In this document: piece after piece, positions 12,583 through 24,356 of the stretch
How positions within the stretch are numbered: the stretch's first letter is position 1
How the letters are laid out: each line of letters starts with the position of its first letter
DNA from: Escherichia coli
GTDB lineage: Bacteria > Pseudomonadota > Gammaproteobacteria > Enterobacterales > Enterobacteriaceae
Reading direction: 5' to 3' (one strand)
Assembly (NCBI RefSeq): GCF_044324785.1
Contig: NZ_CP172127.1
DNA: 64,000 bases
Program-made: the position numbers and the translations under genes
The notes under the pieces: generated by a model
What the model saw: only the letters and a program-made list of their open reading frames with translations
The model's database searches: none
What the model was told of the DNA's origin: nothing

Positions 12583-14889
12583 CTACATTCCATAACGTTC
12601 AGAAATAGCAGCATGCTTCTCTTCATTCGCCCCGGCTTCTTTGGCAAGACGCCACCAGCACAACGGATGTTCCCAGTCAGCGGTCAATTCGTGCAAGGTC
12701 TTATCGATATCACCTTTAGAAACTGAACGCGGCGCGCTGATAACAAAGTAGAACGCGGGCAGCGGCTGTGCATCTTCTCCCTGCTGGCTGTCCGTTAACG
12801 TATAGTCCTCGTTACTGTTGCTCCAGTAGTACCAGTTTCGTTCACGGAGCGCCTCACGGAAGACATTAAACTGTTCTTCCCCAGGCATGACACCTTCACA
12901 GAACCAGGACTCGCCGTACTCAGTCGGGATAATGGTTTGCAGGCAGGCATAAAGTGGCGTGAAATTCTTCCGTTCTTCCTCATCCTCTGGTTGGGTGTTC
13001 AACATTTCTGCATCGAATACCACAACTTCATCAACATGTTGCGGATAATCGGTCCGGTAAGTTGGCTCAATGATCCTTGCTGTTACCGGCCCAATACGTT
13101 GAGCATAGTAATAGCGGTATTCATAATTTTCCCGGAAGCGAATGTTTAGCAGCCCCCATTTTTCGTCGATAAAACCTTCACCTTCCGTAAGTTCGATTTC
13201 CAGTTCAGCAGCAATAGCACGAACCAAATCCCATTGTTGCAGGATGCTGGCGGTCGCCATGATATCCCACTGGAGATTTCGAATATCTTCTTCACGGCTA
13301 ATCATCAGTTGCTGCAATTGTTGTAAATAATCCAGCTGTCGATCCCAGGCTTCCTGTTTTTGTGCTGCCCAGGAGCACATGCGATAAACGCCAACCCATT
13401 CACGCCCTTTTTCGTTTTGCAGCAACTGTTGCCCAATCGACTCCAGTTCACTCCAGTCTTCCTGTTGGTTGATCACTCGCGCACGGAACCACAAGGCCAT
13501 ATGTAGCAGCCCCGCCTGTTCATACTGCTTCGCCAGGTGCTCAATGGTTTGCAGATCGTCACGGTGGAGCAATAAATCCAACAGATCGAAGCAGAGATTG
13601 TTATCTTCCTGGAGGTGGCTTTCGACGTAGCGTTGCAGAAGTTCAATCGACTCATCAATCGCATTACAGGCATTTAACGCATTGACCAGTTTGCCCAGCA
13701 ATTCCGCATCATCTGGCGCGTTCAGGTAAGCGCGGCGGAATGTTTCGACGTCTTTTTCTGGATCTGGCTGCGTTTCTTCGTCGCTATTTTCAGGTACTTC
13801 TACAACCGGACGAGCAAGCAACTCCGCCTCTTTGGCGGCGATTTTTTCACTCAGTTCGAGAAACTCGCGATCAACCCCCAGTAACGCGCGTAATTTTGGC
13901 ATGTGTCGCTGGGCCAGTTTCATCGCTATTTTGGCAACCCAGACGGATTCACGCTCCAGCGCCAGGGTGATTTGCAGTTTTGCCAGATTAACCACTTTGC
14001 GATGCGCCCCGGCCTGTGAACGTTGCTCCAGCATTTTCTGGATGATGCGCGCCAGTTGCCAGTTGTTTCTTTGTGGATGACGGGGAAGTAACACAGTAAT
14101 GATTTTCAGCCATGACCCCCATGAATGGGGAGTCAGATCTGACCAACGCGGTAATTCCTCCCAGACTTCTTCGTCCTGCCCGCATAACGCCATGATGTAC
14201 AGTTTTTTGAGGTGATTACTAATGCGGTCGCGGCCCCAGTAATCATTGGCTTCTGTCAGCTCATCAATCAGTATGCGTGCTTCATCATAACGCTGAAGTT
14301 CAATCAGAATATCGGCACGAGTATAAAGTAATGCATCAATATCATCTTCCCCGGCTGCTTTAACTGCGTCGATTTGTCGATCCAGATAAGCCAGTGCCTC
14401 CTCTATTCTTTTGGAATCTATCAGTGCACTGGCATATTCAGTGGACAAACACTGAAAACAGCTCCAGGTCGGATCAATCCGCGCGATGGTTTCTTCACAT
14501 ACCGCCATGCGTTCATTCGCCCAGCCAGGTGCATCAATATTTTCGTAGCAGGCGGATAAATCCTGGGTAACGCAGATAGATTGTGGGCAATCTTTTGTCT
14601 CTTCCCGGTGCGCTTTTTCAAACAGCGCCACCACGTCTGGCAGTACTTTTTCGCCTTCTTCGCGGTTAGTGAGACGATGGCGCATTTCCCAATGACCAAT
14701 AAAAATCTCCAGCCACGGATTTTTTGCCACCTGGGTAAGTGCTTTTACTTCAGGTAACAGCGAATCGCACTTTTCCATTTGCAGGTGCATAACGCCTTCC
14801 GAATAATCATCGATAAGTTGCGGAATATACTCCTGCCCGGCATCGCGTAACTCCTTAGTATATTTGTGATACCACTCCCATATATCCAT
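12583..14889 (-). CDS. Large acidic helical-repeat protein of unknown function, operon partner of the GHKL ATPase
   Basis: 768-aa ORF, start 1 bp downstream of the preceding gene's stop (translational coupling); Trp/Glu/Leu-rich, predicted alpha-helical (TPR/HEAT-like by eye); no catalytic motif recognised. Confidence 0.6.
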   Translation of the reverse strand: MDIWEWYHKYTKELRDAGQEYIPQLIDDYSEGVMHLQMEKCDSLLPEVKALTQVAKNPWLEIFIGHWEMRHRLTNREEGEKVLPDVVALFEKAHREETKDCPQSICVTQDLSACYENIDAPGWANERMAVCEETIARIDPTWSCFQCLSTEYASALIDSKRIEEALAYLDRQIDAVKAAGEDDIDALLYTRADILIELQRYDEARILIDELTEANDYWGRDRISNHLKKLYIMALCGQDEEVWEELPRWSDLTPHSWGSWLKIITVLLPRHPQRNNWQLARIIQKMLEQRSQAGAHRKVVNLAKLQITLALERESVWVAKIAMKLAQRHMPKLRALLGVDREFLELSEKIAAKEAELLARPVVEVPENSDEETQPDPEKDVETFRRAYLNAPDDAELLGKLVNALNACNAIDESIELLQRYVESHLQEDNNLCFDLLDLLLHRDDLQTIEHLAKQYEQAGLLHMALWFRARVINQQEDWSELESIGQQLLQNEKGREWVGVYRMCSWAAQKQEAWDRQLDYLQQLQQLMISREEDIRNLQWDIMATASILQQWDLVRAIAAELEIELTEGEGFIDEKWGLLNIRFRENYEYRYYYAQRIGPVTARIIEPTYRTDYPQHVDEVVVFDAEMLNTQPEDEEERKNFTPLYACLQTIIPTEYGESWFCEGVMPGEEQFNVFREALRERNWYYWSNSNEDYTLTDSQQGEDAQPLPAFYFVISAPRSVSKGDIDKTLHELTADWEHPLCWWRLAKEAGANEEKHAAISERYGM

Positions 14890-14890
14890 T

Positions 14891-16726
14891 TTATTTTCCT
14901 TGATTAATTAAGACAGGAATAACCTGAGTAAAATCTTCCAGTGCCTGATGTAAATCCCACTGCTGTTCTTTATTACCGCTGGAGCACAGAATCACTTTCA
15001 GCGATTTTAATAACCGTAATGCTGCCGCTGGCTGTTGATGGTGTTGTAATGCCGTCACCAGTTGCATGACACAGGGGTTATTAAGGTTGATATAGAGACT
15101 TGAAGTTTTAGATTTTTGGATTTGCGAGGTAAATTGCCGCGCCAGCATTAATGCAGCGGTACTGATGCGTTTATCTGCGTCATCCTGTTCGAGAATTTGT
15201 TTTAATTCTGCTTCGCGGTCTGGCGTGACCACGAGCGGTAAAACCGCTGGTTCGAAGCGGGAGATAATTAATTGCTCGCCATCACAGAGATGCTCTTCCA
15301 GATATGCAACCTGCTCTTCGGGTAATTCTGCCAGGCTGAACAACTGCTCATTACCCGTTTGCGTACCGACTTCGATAATCCGGCAGTGATATAACAGCGC
15401 CCAACGACGTAAAAATGGCACCACCGCATAACGATCGCCACGGGCTACGGGCCGTTGCAGAATATGAAACAACATCTCTTCAAAACCGCCGTCGCGGCTT
15501 AACAGAATATGAATACTGTTATTAACGCGTAAATCCTTCGCCAGCAGCGCACCTTTTGACGTTGGCACCTGCAGGCGGTCTTTGAGTAAATCAAACAGAC
15601 GATCATCACACAAGGCCGCACCCAGCAACGCTTCGTTGTGGCGCATTAATACACGCCGCCAGATTTCTGGCTGGTTTTGTGCGAGATCGGACAAACCTGA
15701 AATCAGCGCCTCTTTTAGCGCCTCCTGTACCGCAACCCAGGTTTCATCCCGCTGGAGATCTTCCCGGCTCGCCGTCGGCGTCAGTTTCGATGACTCAATC
15801 ACGCCGCCAATAAATCCGGCCCAGGGCGGTAACAACTCACGCGCTTCATCATCCAGTAACATACCGCGCAAAAACAACGACAGGTTGCGGTTATCGCTGG
15901 TGCCGTAGGTTGCGCCATCCTGAATCCATAAAATCCCGACCGCATCGCTCATCCCCGCAGGTACTACCGGAATGGTGCAAATCGGTTCGAAGGAGGATTC
16001 AAACTGGGCGGCAAAGGCGAGATTTTTACGCTGCACCAGCGCGCGGTGCATGGTTACGCCTTCGGGGGCAACTTCACGCCACGGTGGTTGAAGTTTATTT
16101 ACCGGCTCGCCGGCATCGCCGACATAGACCGGTTCGTGCAGCAATATGCAGTAGCGGGAAAGAACGCGGTTCAGCAAATTGTTACTCGCCAGATGGCTAT
16201 ACTCTTCTTTGAGCGTCAGAATCACCTGCGTTCCCGTTTCCGAGGACTCATACGGCGTAACGGTATATTTTTGCCCGTCAGTAGAGTGGTATTTCCAGCG
16301 CTGATCCGGCGTTTGCCAGGATGTGGTCAACACCGTAACCTCTTTTGCCAGCACAAAGGCCGACAAAAAACCGAGGCCGAACATACCAATTAAACCGGTG
16401 TTGTCATCCTGCTGGCGCAACATTCGGGTATAACCCACGCCCACTGTCGCCAGGAAGCCGTGAATTTCACTTTCTGTCAGTCCCGCACCGGTATCGGTAA
16501 TGGTGATGATGGACTTCGCCACGTCTGCCACCACACGAATCGCGTTATCCTTTGGCGCATCGGGCTGCTCAATCCTGCGGCGAACGATCGCATCATGGCC
16601 GTTCTGCACCAGCTCGCGCACGGCAACCACGGGAGTGGAGTAAAGATGCTTACTAAGCACCTCAATTAAACCGTTTAAATTAACTTCTGTAGAATATGAA
16701 CTGCCAGGTAACTGTAATGTACTCAT
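14891..16726 (-). CDS. Hsp90/MORC-type GHKL ATPase paralog (HtpG-like, not housekeeping htpG)
   Basis: 611-aa ORF with Bergerat-fold motifs in order: ELVQNGHDA (motif I, cf. Hsp90 ELISNASDA), DTGAGLT (motif II, cf. DNGIGMT), GMFGLGFLSAF (G-loop, cf. GQFGVGFYSAF); AT-rich promoter region 16727..17037. Confidence 0.7.
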   Translation of the reverse strand: MSTLQLPGSSYSTEVNLNGLIEVLSKHLYSTPVVAVRELVQNGHDAIVRRRIEQPDAPKDNAIRVVADVAKSIITITDTGAGLTESEIHGFLATVGVGYTRMLRQQDDNTGLIGMFGLGFLSAFVLAKEVTVLTTSWQTPDQRWKYHSTDGQKYTVTPYESSETGTQVILTLKEEYSHLASNNLLNRVLSRYCILLHEPVYVGDAGEPVNKLQPPWREVAPEGVTMHRALVQRKNLAFAAQFESSFEPICTIPVVPAGMSDAVGILWIQDGATYGTSDNRNLSLFLRGMLLDDEARELLPPWAGFIGGVIESSKLTPTASREDLQRDETWVAVQEALKEALISGLSDLAQNQPEIWRRVLMRHNEALLGAALCDDRLFDLLKDRLQVPTSKGALLAKDLRVNNSIHILLSRDGGFEEMLFHILQRPVARGDRYAVVPFLRRWALLYHCRIIEVGTQTGNEQLFSLAELPEEQVAYLEEHLCDGEQLIISRFEPAVLPLVVTPDREAELKQILEQDDADKRISTAALMLARQFTSQIQKSKTSSLYINLNNPCVMQLVTALQHHQQPAAALRLLKSLKVILCSSGNKEQQWDLHQALEDFTQVIPVLINQGK

Positions 16727-17002
16727 TTTTCAATACTCATAATCCATCACCCACTATTGAAAATACATTGCTGTTTTTACAACCGGTGCAAGGTTTGTTA
16801 TTTTCATTCACGCATCGGAAACATTTATTTATTGACGCGATGATTAAAACAAAATGTCTTATATAAATAATGATTAATTCTTAATAGGATTAATGCGACT
16901 GGAGTATATCGATATAAACCGGAGTTAACGAGATAATTTCTTGTGGTGAAATTATTATTTAAATGCTGAATAATATATTGAGGATTATTTAATAGAAAAA
17001 TA

Positions 17003-17036
17003 AAACCGCAATCCAGAATCAGAATTGCGGTATTTC
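17003..17036 (-). terminator. Hairpin terminator downstream of fdhD
   Basis: accgcaatccagaatcagaattgcggt hairpin directly after the fdhD stop, followed by a T-run on the minus strand. Confidence 0.55.
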
Positions 17037-17037
17037 T

Positions 17038-17874
17038 TTAATTATGAATCAAACGCTGCGGATGGGTATAAACCGTTGCCCGACCCAGTTTACAAAAGCC
17101 CACCAGCGTCAAATTACAGCGTTCAGCCACTTCTACAGCAAGCGTGGTCGCGGCAGACACCGCAAACAAAATCTCTACGCCACACATCGCCGACTTTTGC
17201 ACCATTTCATAACTGGCACGGCTGGAAACCAGCACCGCACCTTGCTGCCAGCTTTCCCCTTCTTGTGACCGGCGGCCTAACAGTTTGTCCAGCGCCACAT
17301 GGCGACCCACGTCTTCATGCCCGCCGACCAGTTCGCCAGATGGCAACATCCATGCAGCGGCGTGAGTACAACCGGTCAGTTGCCCCACTGGCTGGAAATC
17401 ATTGAGATGACGTAATGCATCATCCAGTTTGTTGAGATCAAACGTCTGGGTGAACGGCAGCGGCTGCACCGGTTTTCCGATATCGTTAAGCTGTTCCACG
17501 CCGCACACGCCGCAGCCTGTACGCCCGGCCAGCGCCCGGCGACGTTCCTTCAACCCCATAAAGCGGCGGCTGGAAAGCTCAATTTGAACTTCAAGACCAT
17601 TACAGGAAGGAGCGACATCCATGCCGAAGATATCGCGCGGACTTTCTATTATCCCCTCGGAAAGCGAAAAACCGAGCGCAAAGTACTCAAGGTCTTTGGG
17701 CGACGCCATCATCACCACATGCGAAATGCCGTTGTAGACCAGCGCAACGGGAACTTCTTCCGCGACCTCATCTAACCGTGGGTGTTGTAAATCATCACGC
17801 CGCCATAACTCAATTTGACGAACACCTGTGATATTTGTCACATTTTCGATTTCTTTTTGCTGTGTTTTTTTCAC
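17038..17874 (-). CDS. fdhD: Formate dehydrogenase accessory sulfurtransferase
   Basis: 278-aa [62 protein letters not shown]...; divergent from fdoG. Confidence 0.92.
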   Translation of the reverse strand: MKKTQQKEIENVTNITGVRQIELWRRDDLQHPRLDEVAEEVPVALVYNGISHVVMMASPKDLEYFALGFSLSEGIIESPRDIFGMDVAPSCNGLEVQIELSSRRFMGLKERRRALAGRTGCGVCGVEQLNDIGKPVQPLPFTQTFDLNKLDDALRHLNDFQPVGQLTGCTHAAAWMLPSGELVGGHEDVGRHVALDKLLGRRSQEGESWQQGAVLVSSRASYEMVQKSAMCGVEILFAVSAATTLAVEVAERCNLTLVGFCKLGRATVYTHPQRLIHN

Positions 17875-18067
17875 TTTCTCTTAACCAGATAAGAACACAC
17901 ACACCAACATTATGGTATTCTGTTACAAACCCTTCCTGGATGGAGGGAAATTGAGCCAATTCTGGACCTTTGCGGCCCCTTCCGCAAAGAAAAATAACTC
18001 CCACTCCCTGCACACGCAGCAAGCGAATGTAAATGGGACGTGACAATGTCGAAACAAGGAGCAATCC

Positions 18068-21000
18068 ATGCAGGTCAGCAGAAGGCAGTTCTTTAAGATC
18101 TGCGCTGGCGGTATGGCAGGCACCACGGCAGCGGCACTGGGTTTTGCACCCAGCGTAGCACTCGCGGAAACTCGGCAGTATAAACTGCTGCGCACCCGCG
18201 AAACCCGTAATACCTGCACCTATTGTTCCGTAGGCTGTGGGCTGTTGATGTACAGCCTCGGTGACGGAGCAAAAAACGCCAAAGCATCTATCTTCCATAT
18301 CGAAGGCGATCCGGATCACCCGGTCAACCGCGGTGCACTTTGTCCGAAAGGCGCTGGCCTGGTGGATTTCATCCACTCCGAAAGCCGTCTGAAGTTTCCG
18401 GAATACCGTGCGCCAGGTTCTGATAAATGGCAGCAAATCAGTTGGGAAGAGGCGTTTGATCGCATCGCCAAACTGATGAAAGAAGACCGCGATGCTAACT
18501 ACATTGCGCAAAACGCCGAAGGCGTGACTGTTAACCGCTGGCTCTCCACCGGGATGCTGTGTGCTTCCGCGTCGAGTAACGAAACCGGCTATTTAACGCA
18601 AAAATTCTCCCGCGCGCTGGGTATGCTCGCGGTCGACAACCAGGCGCGTGTCTGACACGGACCAACGGTAGCAAGTCTTGCTCCAACATTTGGTCGCGGT
18701 GCGATGACCAACCACTGGGTCGACATCAAGAACGCCAACCTCGTCGTGGTGATGGGCGGTAACGCCGCTGAAGCTCACCCGGTCGGGTTCCGCTGGGCGA
18801 TGGAAGCCAAAATTCACAATGGCGCGAAGCTGATTGTGATCGATCCTCGCTTTACGCGTACGGCTGCGGTGGCTGACTACTATGCCCCTATTCGTTCCGG
18901 TACTGACATTGCTTTCCTGTCAGGCGTATTGCTGTACCTGCTGAACAATGAAAAATTCAACCGCGAATATACCGAAGCCTATACCAACGCCAGCCTTATC
19001 GTGCGTGAGGATTACGGCTTTGAAGATGGCCTGTTCACCGGCTACGACGCGGAAAAACGCAAGTACGATAAATCCTCCTGGACTTACGAACTGGACGAAA
19101 ACGGCTTCGCCAAACGCGATACCACGCTGCAACATCCGCGCTGCGTGTGGAACTTGCTGAAACAGCACGTTTCCCGCTACACGCCAGATGTGGTTGAAAA
19201 CATCTGTGGTACGCCAAAAGACGCGTTCCTGAAAGTCTGCGAATACATCGCCGAAACCAGTGCTCACGATAAAACTGCTTCGTTCCTGTATGCCCTCGGC
19301 TGGACGCAACACTCTGTTGGTGCGCAAAACATTCGTACGATGGCGATGATCCAGTTGCTGCTCGGCAATATGGGGATGGCAGGCGGCGGCGTTAACGCCC
19401 TGCGTGGTCACTCCAATATTCAGGGGCTGACGGACCTGGGGCTACTGTCGCAGAGCCTGCCGGGTTACATGACGCTGCCGAGCGAGAAGCAGACCGATCT
19501 GCAAACCTACCTTACCGCCAACACGCCAAAACCGCTGCTGGAAGGCCAGGTAAACTACTGGGGCAACTACCCGAAATTCTTCGTCTCCATGATGAAGGCC
19601 TTCTTTGGTGATAAAGCGACGGCGGAAAATAGCTGGGGCTTTGACTGGTTGCCGAAGTGGGATAAAGGCTACGACGTCCTGCAATACTTCGAGATGATGA
19701 AAGAAGGCAAGGTCAATGGCTATATCTGCCAGGGCTTTAACCCTGTTGCCTCATTCCCGAACAAAAACAAAGTGATCGGTTGTCTGTCGAAACTGAAGTT
19801 CCTCGTCACCATCGACCCGCTGAACACTGAAACCTCTAACTTCTGGCAGAACCACGGTGAGCTGAACGAAGTTGACTCGTCGAAGATCCAGACCGAAGTG
19901 TTCCGTCTGCCATCGACCTGCTTCGCGGAAGAGAACGGTTCTATCGTTAACTCCGGTCGCTGGTTGCAGTGGCACTGGAAAGGTGCGGACGCCCCGGGGA
20001 TTGCGCTGACAGATGGCGAGATCCTCTCCGGTATCTTCCTGCGCTTGCGCAAGATGTATGCCGAACAGGGTGGCGCAAACCCGGATCAGGTGCTGAACAT
20101 GACCTGGAACTACGCCATTCCGCATGAGCCGAAGTCGGAAGAAGTAGCGATGGAGAGCAACGGTAAGGCGCTGGCCGATATTACCGATCCGGCAACCGGT
20201 GCGGTTATCGTCAAGAAAGGCCAACAACTTAGCTCGTTCGCCCAACTGCGCGATGACGGTACGACCTCCTGTGGCTGCTGGATTTTCGCCGGTAGCTGGA
20301 CGCCAGAAGGTAACCAGATGGCGCGCCGTGATAACGCCGATCCGTCTGGCCTCGGTAACACGCTGGGCTGGGCATGGGCATGGCCGCTTAACCGCCGCAT
20401 TCTGTATAACCGCGCCTCCGCAGATCCGCAGGGTAACCCGTGGGATCCGAAGCGTCAGTTGCTGAAATGGGACGGCACCAAATGGACCGGCTGGGATATT
20501 CCGGACTACAGCGCAGCGCCTCCGGGCAGTGGCGTTGGGCCGTTTATCATGCAGCAGGAAGGCATGGGGCGTCTGTTTGCCCTCGATAAGATGGCGGAAG
20601 GTCCGTTCCCGGAACACTACGAGCCGTTTGAAACGCCGCTGGGAACTAACCCGCTGCATCCAAACGTTATCTCGAACCCGGCTGCACGTATCTTTAAAGA
20701 CGACGCCGAAGCGTTGGGTAAAGCCGATAAGTTCCCGTATGTCGGAACCACCTATCGTCTGACCGAGCACTTCCACTACTGGACCAAACACGCGCTGTTG
20801 AACGCGATTTTGCAACCAGAGCAGTTTGTGGAAATCGGGGAGTCGCTGGCGAATAAACTTGGCATTGCCCAGGGCGATACCGTGAAAGTCTCCTCCAACC
20901 GTGGCTATATCAAAGCCAAAGCGGTGGTGACCAAACGTATTCGCACGCTGAAAGCGAACGGCAAAGATATCGATACCATCGGTATTCCGATTCACTGGGG

Positions 21001-21127
21001 CTATGAAGGTGTTGCGAAAAAAGGCTTTATTGCCAATACGTTAACGCCATTCGTTGGTGATGCGAACACGCAGACGCCAGAGTTTAAATCCTTCCTCGTG
21101 AATGTGGAAAAGGTGGATACCCAATAG
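18068..21127 (+). CDS. fdoG: Formate dehydrogenase-O major subunit; selenoprotein with in-frame UGA at 18653..18655
   Basis: Two same-frame ORFs (18068..18655 and 18704..21127) separated only by TGA; Tat signal MQVSRRQFFKICAGGMAGTTAAALGFAPSVALA; conserved ...AVDNQARV-U-HGPTVASLAPTFGRGAMTNHW context. Confidence 0.93.
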
Positions 21128-21253
21128 ATTTCAGATTGCAGGGAGCTGGCGACGCCATGAAGACCGGGAGCATAGAAACACTATGTGACCGGGATGAATA
21201 AGGAAGCCAGCGAACCTGCAAGCTGAAAGATGAAGGGTAAACGGAGACGAAAT

Positions 21254-22156
21254 ATGGCTTACCAATCTCAAGATATCATTCGTCGTTCCGCGACTAACGG
21301 TCTGACCCCCGCGCCTCAGGCGCGGGACTTCCAGGAAGAAGTGGCGAAACTCATCGACGTCACCACCTGTATCGGCTGTAAAGCCTGTCAGGTGGCGTGT
21401 TCAGAGTGGAACGACATTCGCGATACCGTCGGCAATAACATTGGGGTGTACGACAACCCCAATGATTTAAGTGCCAAATCGTGGACGGTGATGCGATTCT
21501 CGGAAGTGGAGCAGAACGACAAACTGGAATGGCTGATCCGCAAAGACGGCTGTATGCACTGTTCCGATCCAGGCTGCCTGAAAGCGTGCCCGGCGGAAGG
21601 GGCAATTATTCAGTATGCCAACGGTATCGTCGACTTCCAGTCCGAGCAGTGCATTGGCTGCGGTTATTGCATTGCGGGCTGTCCGTTCGACATTCCGCGC
21701 CTCAACCCGGAAGACAACCGCGTCTACAAATGTACGCTGTGCGTTGACCGCGTGGTGGTTGGGCAAGAACCGGCCTGCGTGAAGACCTGCCCAACGGGCG
21801 CGATTCACTTCGGTACGAAAGAGTCGATGAAAACGCTGGCGAGCGAGCGCGTGGCGGAGCTGAAAACCCGCGGTTACGACAATGCGGGTTTGTACGACCC
21901 GGCAGGCGTTGGTGGTACACACGTTATGTACGTGCTGCACCATGCTGACAAGCCAAATCTGTATCATGGCTTGCCGGAGAACCCGGAAATCAGCGAAACC
22001 GTGAAATTCTGGAAAGGCATCTGGAAACCGCTCGCAGCTGTTGGCTTTGCGGCTACCTTCGCGGCCAGTATCTTCCACTACGTGGGTGTCGGTCCGAACC
22101 GTGCGGATGAGGAAGAGAATAATCTGCACGAAGAGAAAGACGAGGAGCGCAAATGA
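21254..22156 (+). CDS. fdoH: Formate dehydrogenase-O iron-sulfur subunit
   Basis: ORF 21230..22156; start set at [22 protein letters not shown] (300 aa); multiple CxxCxxC ferredoxin motifs. Confidence 0.92.
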
Positions 22157-22788
22157 AACGACGTGACACCATCGTGCGCTACACCGCGCCGGAACGTATC
22201 AACCACTGGATCACCGCCTTCTGCTTCATCCTGGCGGCGGTGAGCGGGCTTGGCTTTTTGTTCCCGTCCTTCAACTGGTTGATGCAAATCATGGGCACAC
22301 CGCAGCTGGCGCGAATTCTGCACCCGTTTGTCGGCGTGGTTATGTTTGCCTCGTTCATCATCATGTTTTTCCGTTACTGGCATCACAACCTAATCAATCG
22401 GGATGATATCTTTTGGGCGAAGAATATTCGTAAGATCGTCGTCAACGAGGAAGTAGGTGACACCGGGCGTTATAACTTCGGTCAGAAATGCGTTTTCTGG
22501 GCGGCGATTATTTTCCTGGTTCTGCTGCTGGTGAGCGGCGTGATTATCTGGCGTCCTTATTTTGCGCCTGCTTTCTCAATCCCGGTGATCCGATTCGCGT
22601 TAATGCTGCATTCATTTGCCGCAGTGGCGTTAATTGTGGTTATCATGGTGCATATCTACGCCGCCCTTTGGGTGAAAGGCACGATTACCGCCATGGTGGA
22701 AGGATGGGTTACCAGCGCCTGGGCGAAGAAACATCACCCGCGCTGGTACCGTGAGGTCCGCAAGACAACGGAAAAGAAAGCTGAATGA
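22153..22788 (+). CDS. fdoI: Formate dehydrogenase-O cytochrome b556 subunit
   Basis: 211-aa membrane protein [38 protein letters not shown]...; overlaps fdoH stop. Confidence 0.92.
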
Positions 22789-23714
22789 GTATTCGCATAA
22801 TCCCGCAAGATGAGCTGGGTTCGAGCGAGAAACGTACGGCGGATATGATTCCGCCGTTATTGTTCCCTCGGCTCAAGAATTTATACAACCGCCGCGCCGA
22901 GCGTCTGCGCGAGCTGGCAGAAAATAATCCGTTGGGTGATTATCTGCGCTTTGCTGCGCTTATCGCCCACGCCCAGGAAGTGGTGCTGTACGACCATCCG
23001 CTGGAAATGGATTTGACCGCACGCATTAAAGAAGCCAGCGCACAAGGCAAGCCCCCGCTGGATATTCACGTTCTGCCGCGTGATAAGCACTGGCAAAAGC
23101 TGCTGATGGCGCTAATTGCTGAGCTGAAACCTGAAATGAGCGGCCCGGCGCTGGCAGTGATTGAGAATCTGGAGAAGGCATCGACTCAGGAGCTGGAAGA
23201 TATGGCCAGCGCACTGTTTGCCTCTGATTTCTCGTCCGTCAGCAGCGATAAAGCGCCGTTTATCTGGGCTGCGCTGTCGCTCTACTGGGCGCAGATGGCT
23301 AATCTGATCCCCGGCAAAGCCCGCGCTGAATACGGCGAACAACGTCAATATTGCCCGGTATGTGGCTCTATGCCGGTGTCCAGCATGGTGCAAATTGGCA
23401 CCACTCAGGGGCTGCGTTACCTGCACTGCAACCTGTGTGAAACCGAATGGCACGTGGTGCGCGTAAAATGCAGCAACTGTGAACAGAGCGGCAAACTGCA
23501 TTACTGGTCGCTGGATGACGAACAGGCCGCGATTAAAGCCGAAAGCTGCGATGACTGCGGCACTTACCTGAAGATTCTTTATCAGGAAAAAGATCCAAAA
23601 ATCGAAGCCGTAGCAGATGACCTCGCCTCTCTGGTACTGGATGCGCGAATGGAGCAAGAAGGCTACGCCCGTAGTTCCATCAACCCGTTCCTGTTTCCGG
23701 GTGAAGGGGAGTAA
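22785..23714 (+). CDS. fdhE: Formate dehydrogenase formation protein FdhE
   Basis: 309-aa ORF with CxxC clusters ([28 protein letters not shown]); overlaps fdoI stop. Confidence 0.92.
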   Translation: MSIRIIPQDELGSSEKRTADMIPPLLFPRLKNLYNRRAERLRELAENNPLGDYLRFAALIAHAQEVVLYDHPLEMDLTARIKEASAQGKPPLDIHVLPRDKHWQKLLMALIAELKPEMSGPALAVIENLEKASTQELEDMASALFASDFSSVSSDKAPFIWAALSLYWAQMANLIPGKARAEYGEQRQYCPVCGSMPVSSMVQIGTTQGLRYLHCNLCETEWHVVRVKCSNCEQSGKLHYWSLDDEQAAIKAESCDDCGTYLKILYQEKDPKIEAVADDLASLVLDARMEQEGYARSSINPFLFPGEGE

Positions 23715-23895
23715 TCTCTGACGTTTTCCGGGTGGCGCAGGTCGCCCGGATTACAGTTCATAGGGTGTGACGACACCATCTCTCTTATTCCGCGTTACCA
23801 CCTCAAGCTATGCTGCCAGTGCCTGTTTTGCCTCAATTTTCACACTGAACAAATCGATAACAATATCGATATCAAATAGCCAAATCTTTTTGCCA

Positions 23896-24114
23896 TTACC
23901 ATTCCTCGCGCAGCTTACGCTGGTATTCGACACCATCTTCCTCACTCCCTTGCCAGATGCCAAAAGCACTGGCTCTTGCTGTTTGCGATTGATTTACCAG
24001 GTATTGATCTACCGCTTCCCGTAATAGCTCCGCACGAGGAAGATTACGCTGCACCTCGAGATCATCAAGTTGCTTAAACAACTCATTCGATAAATCGAGT
24101 AAAATTCTGCCCAT
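23896..24114 (-). CDS. yiiF: Small ribbon-helix-helix (CopG/MetJ-like) protein YiiF
   Basis: ORF 23896..24138; start set at [39 protein letters not shown] (72 aa). Confidence 0.8.
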   Translation of the reverse strand: MGRILLDLSNELFKQLDDLEVQRNLPRAELLREAVDQYLVNQSQTARASAFGIWQGSEEDGVEYQRKLREEW

Positions 24115-24356
24115 ATCTATACCTGCCAGAGAGTTCATAAATATCTCGCCAATATCATTTTTGAATCTATGGAGAGAAAAGTACCCTTGCCGAATCTTTA
24201 AAGAAAGCTCATTTACGCATCATTTTTTATTTTTGCGAGGCGTTTTCCAGATATGATGTAACAGTTGCAGTTATTATAAGTTCAAGTAAAACAGCCTTGT
24301 ATTAATACCAGAATAAGGGCATCTGTTTTTTTATATTCAAGAATGAAAAATTTTTG

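Noticed and set aside
12393-12608. 71-aa plus-strand ORF between yiiG and the 768-aa gene
   Set aside because: Lies in an AT-rich intergenic region, has no RBS or motif support, and overlaps the 3' end of the 768-aa gene; likely spurious.
19751-20995. 414-aa minus-strand ORF
   Set aside because: Antisense to fdoG; Arg-rich artefactual translation.
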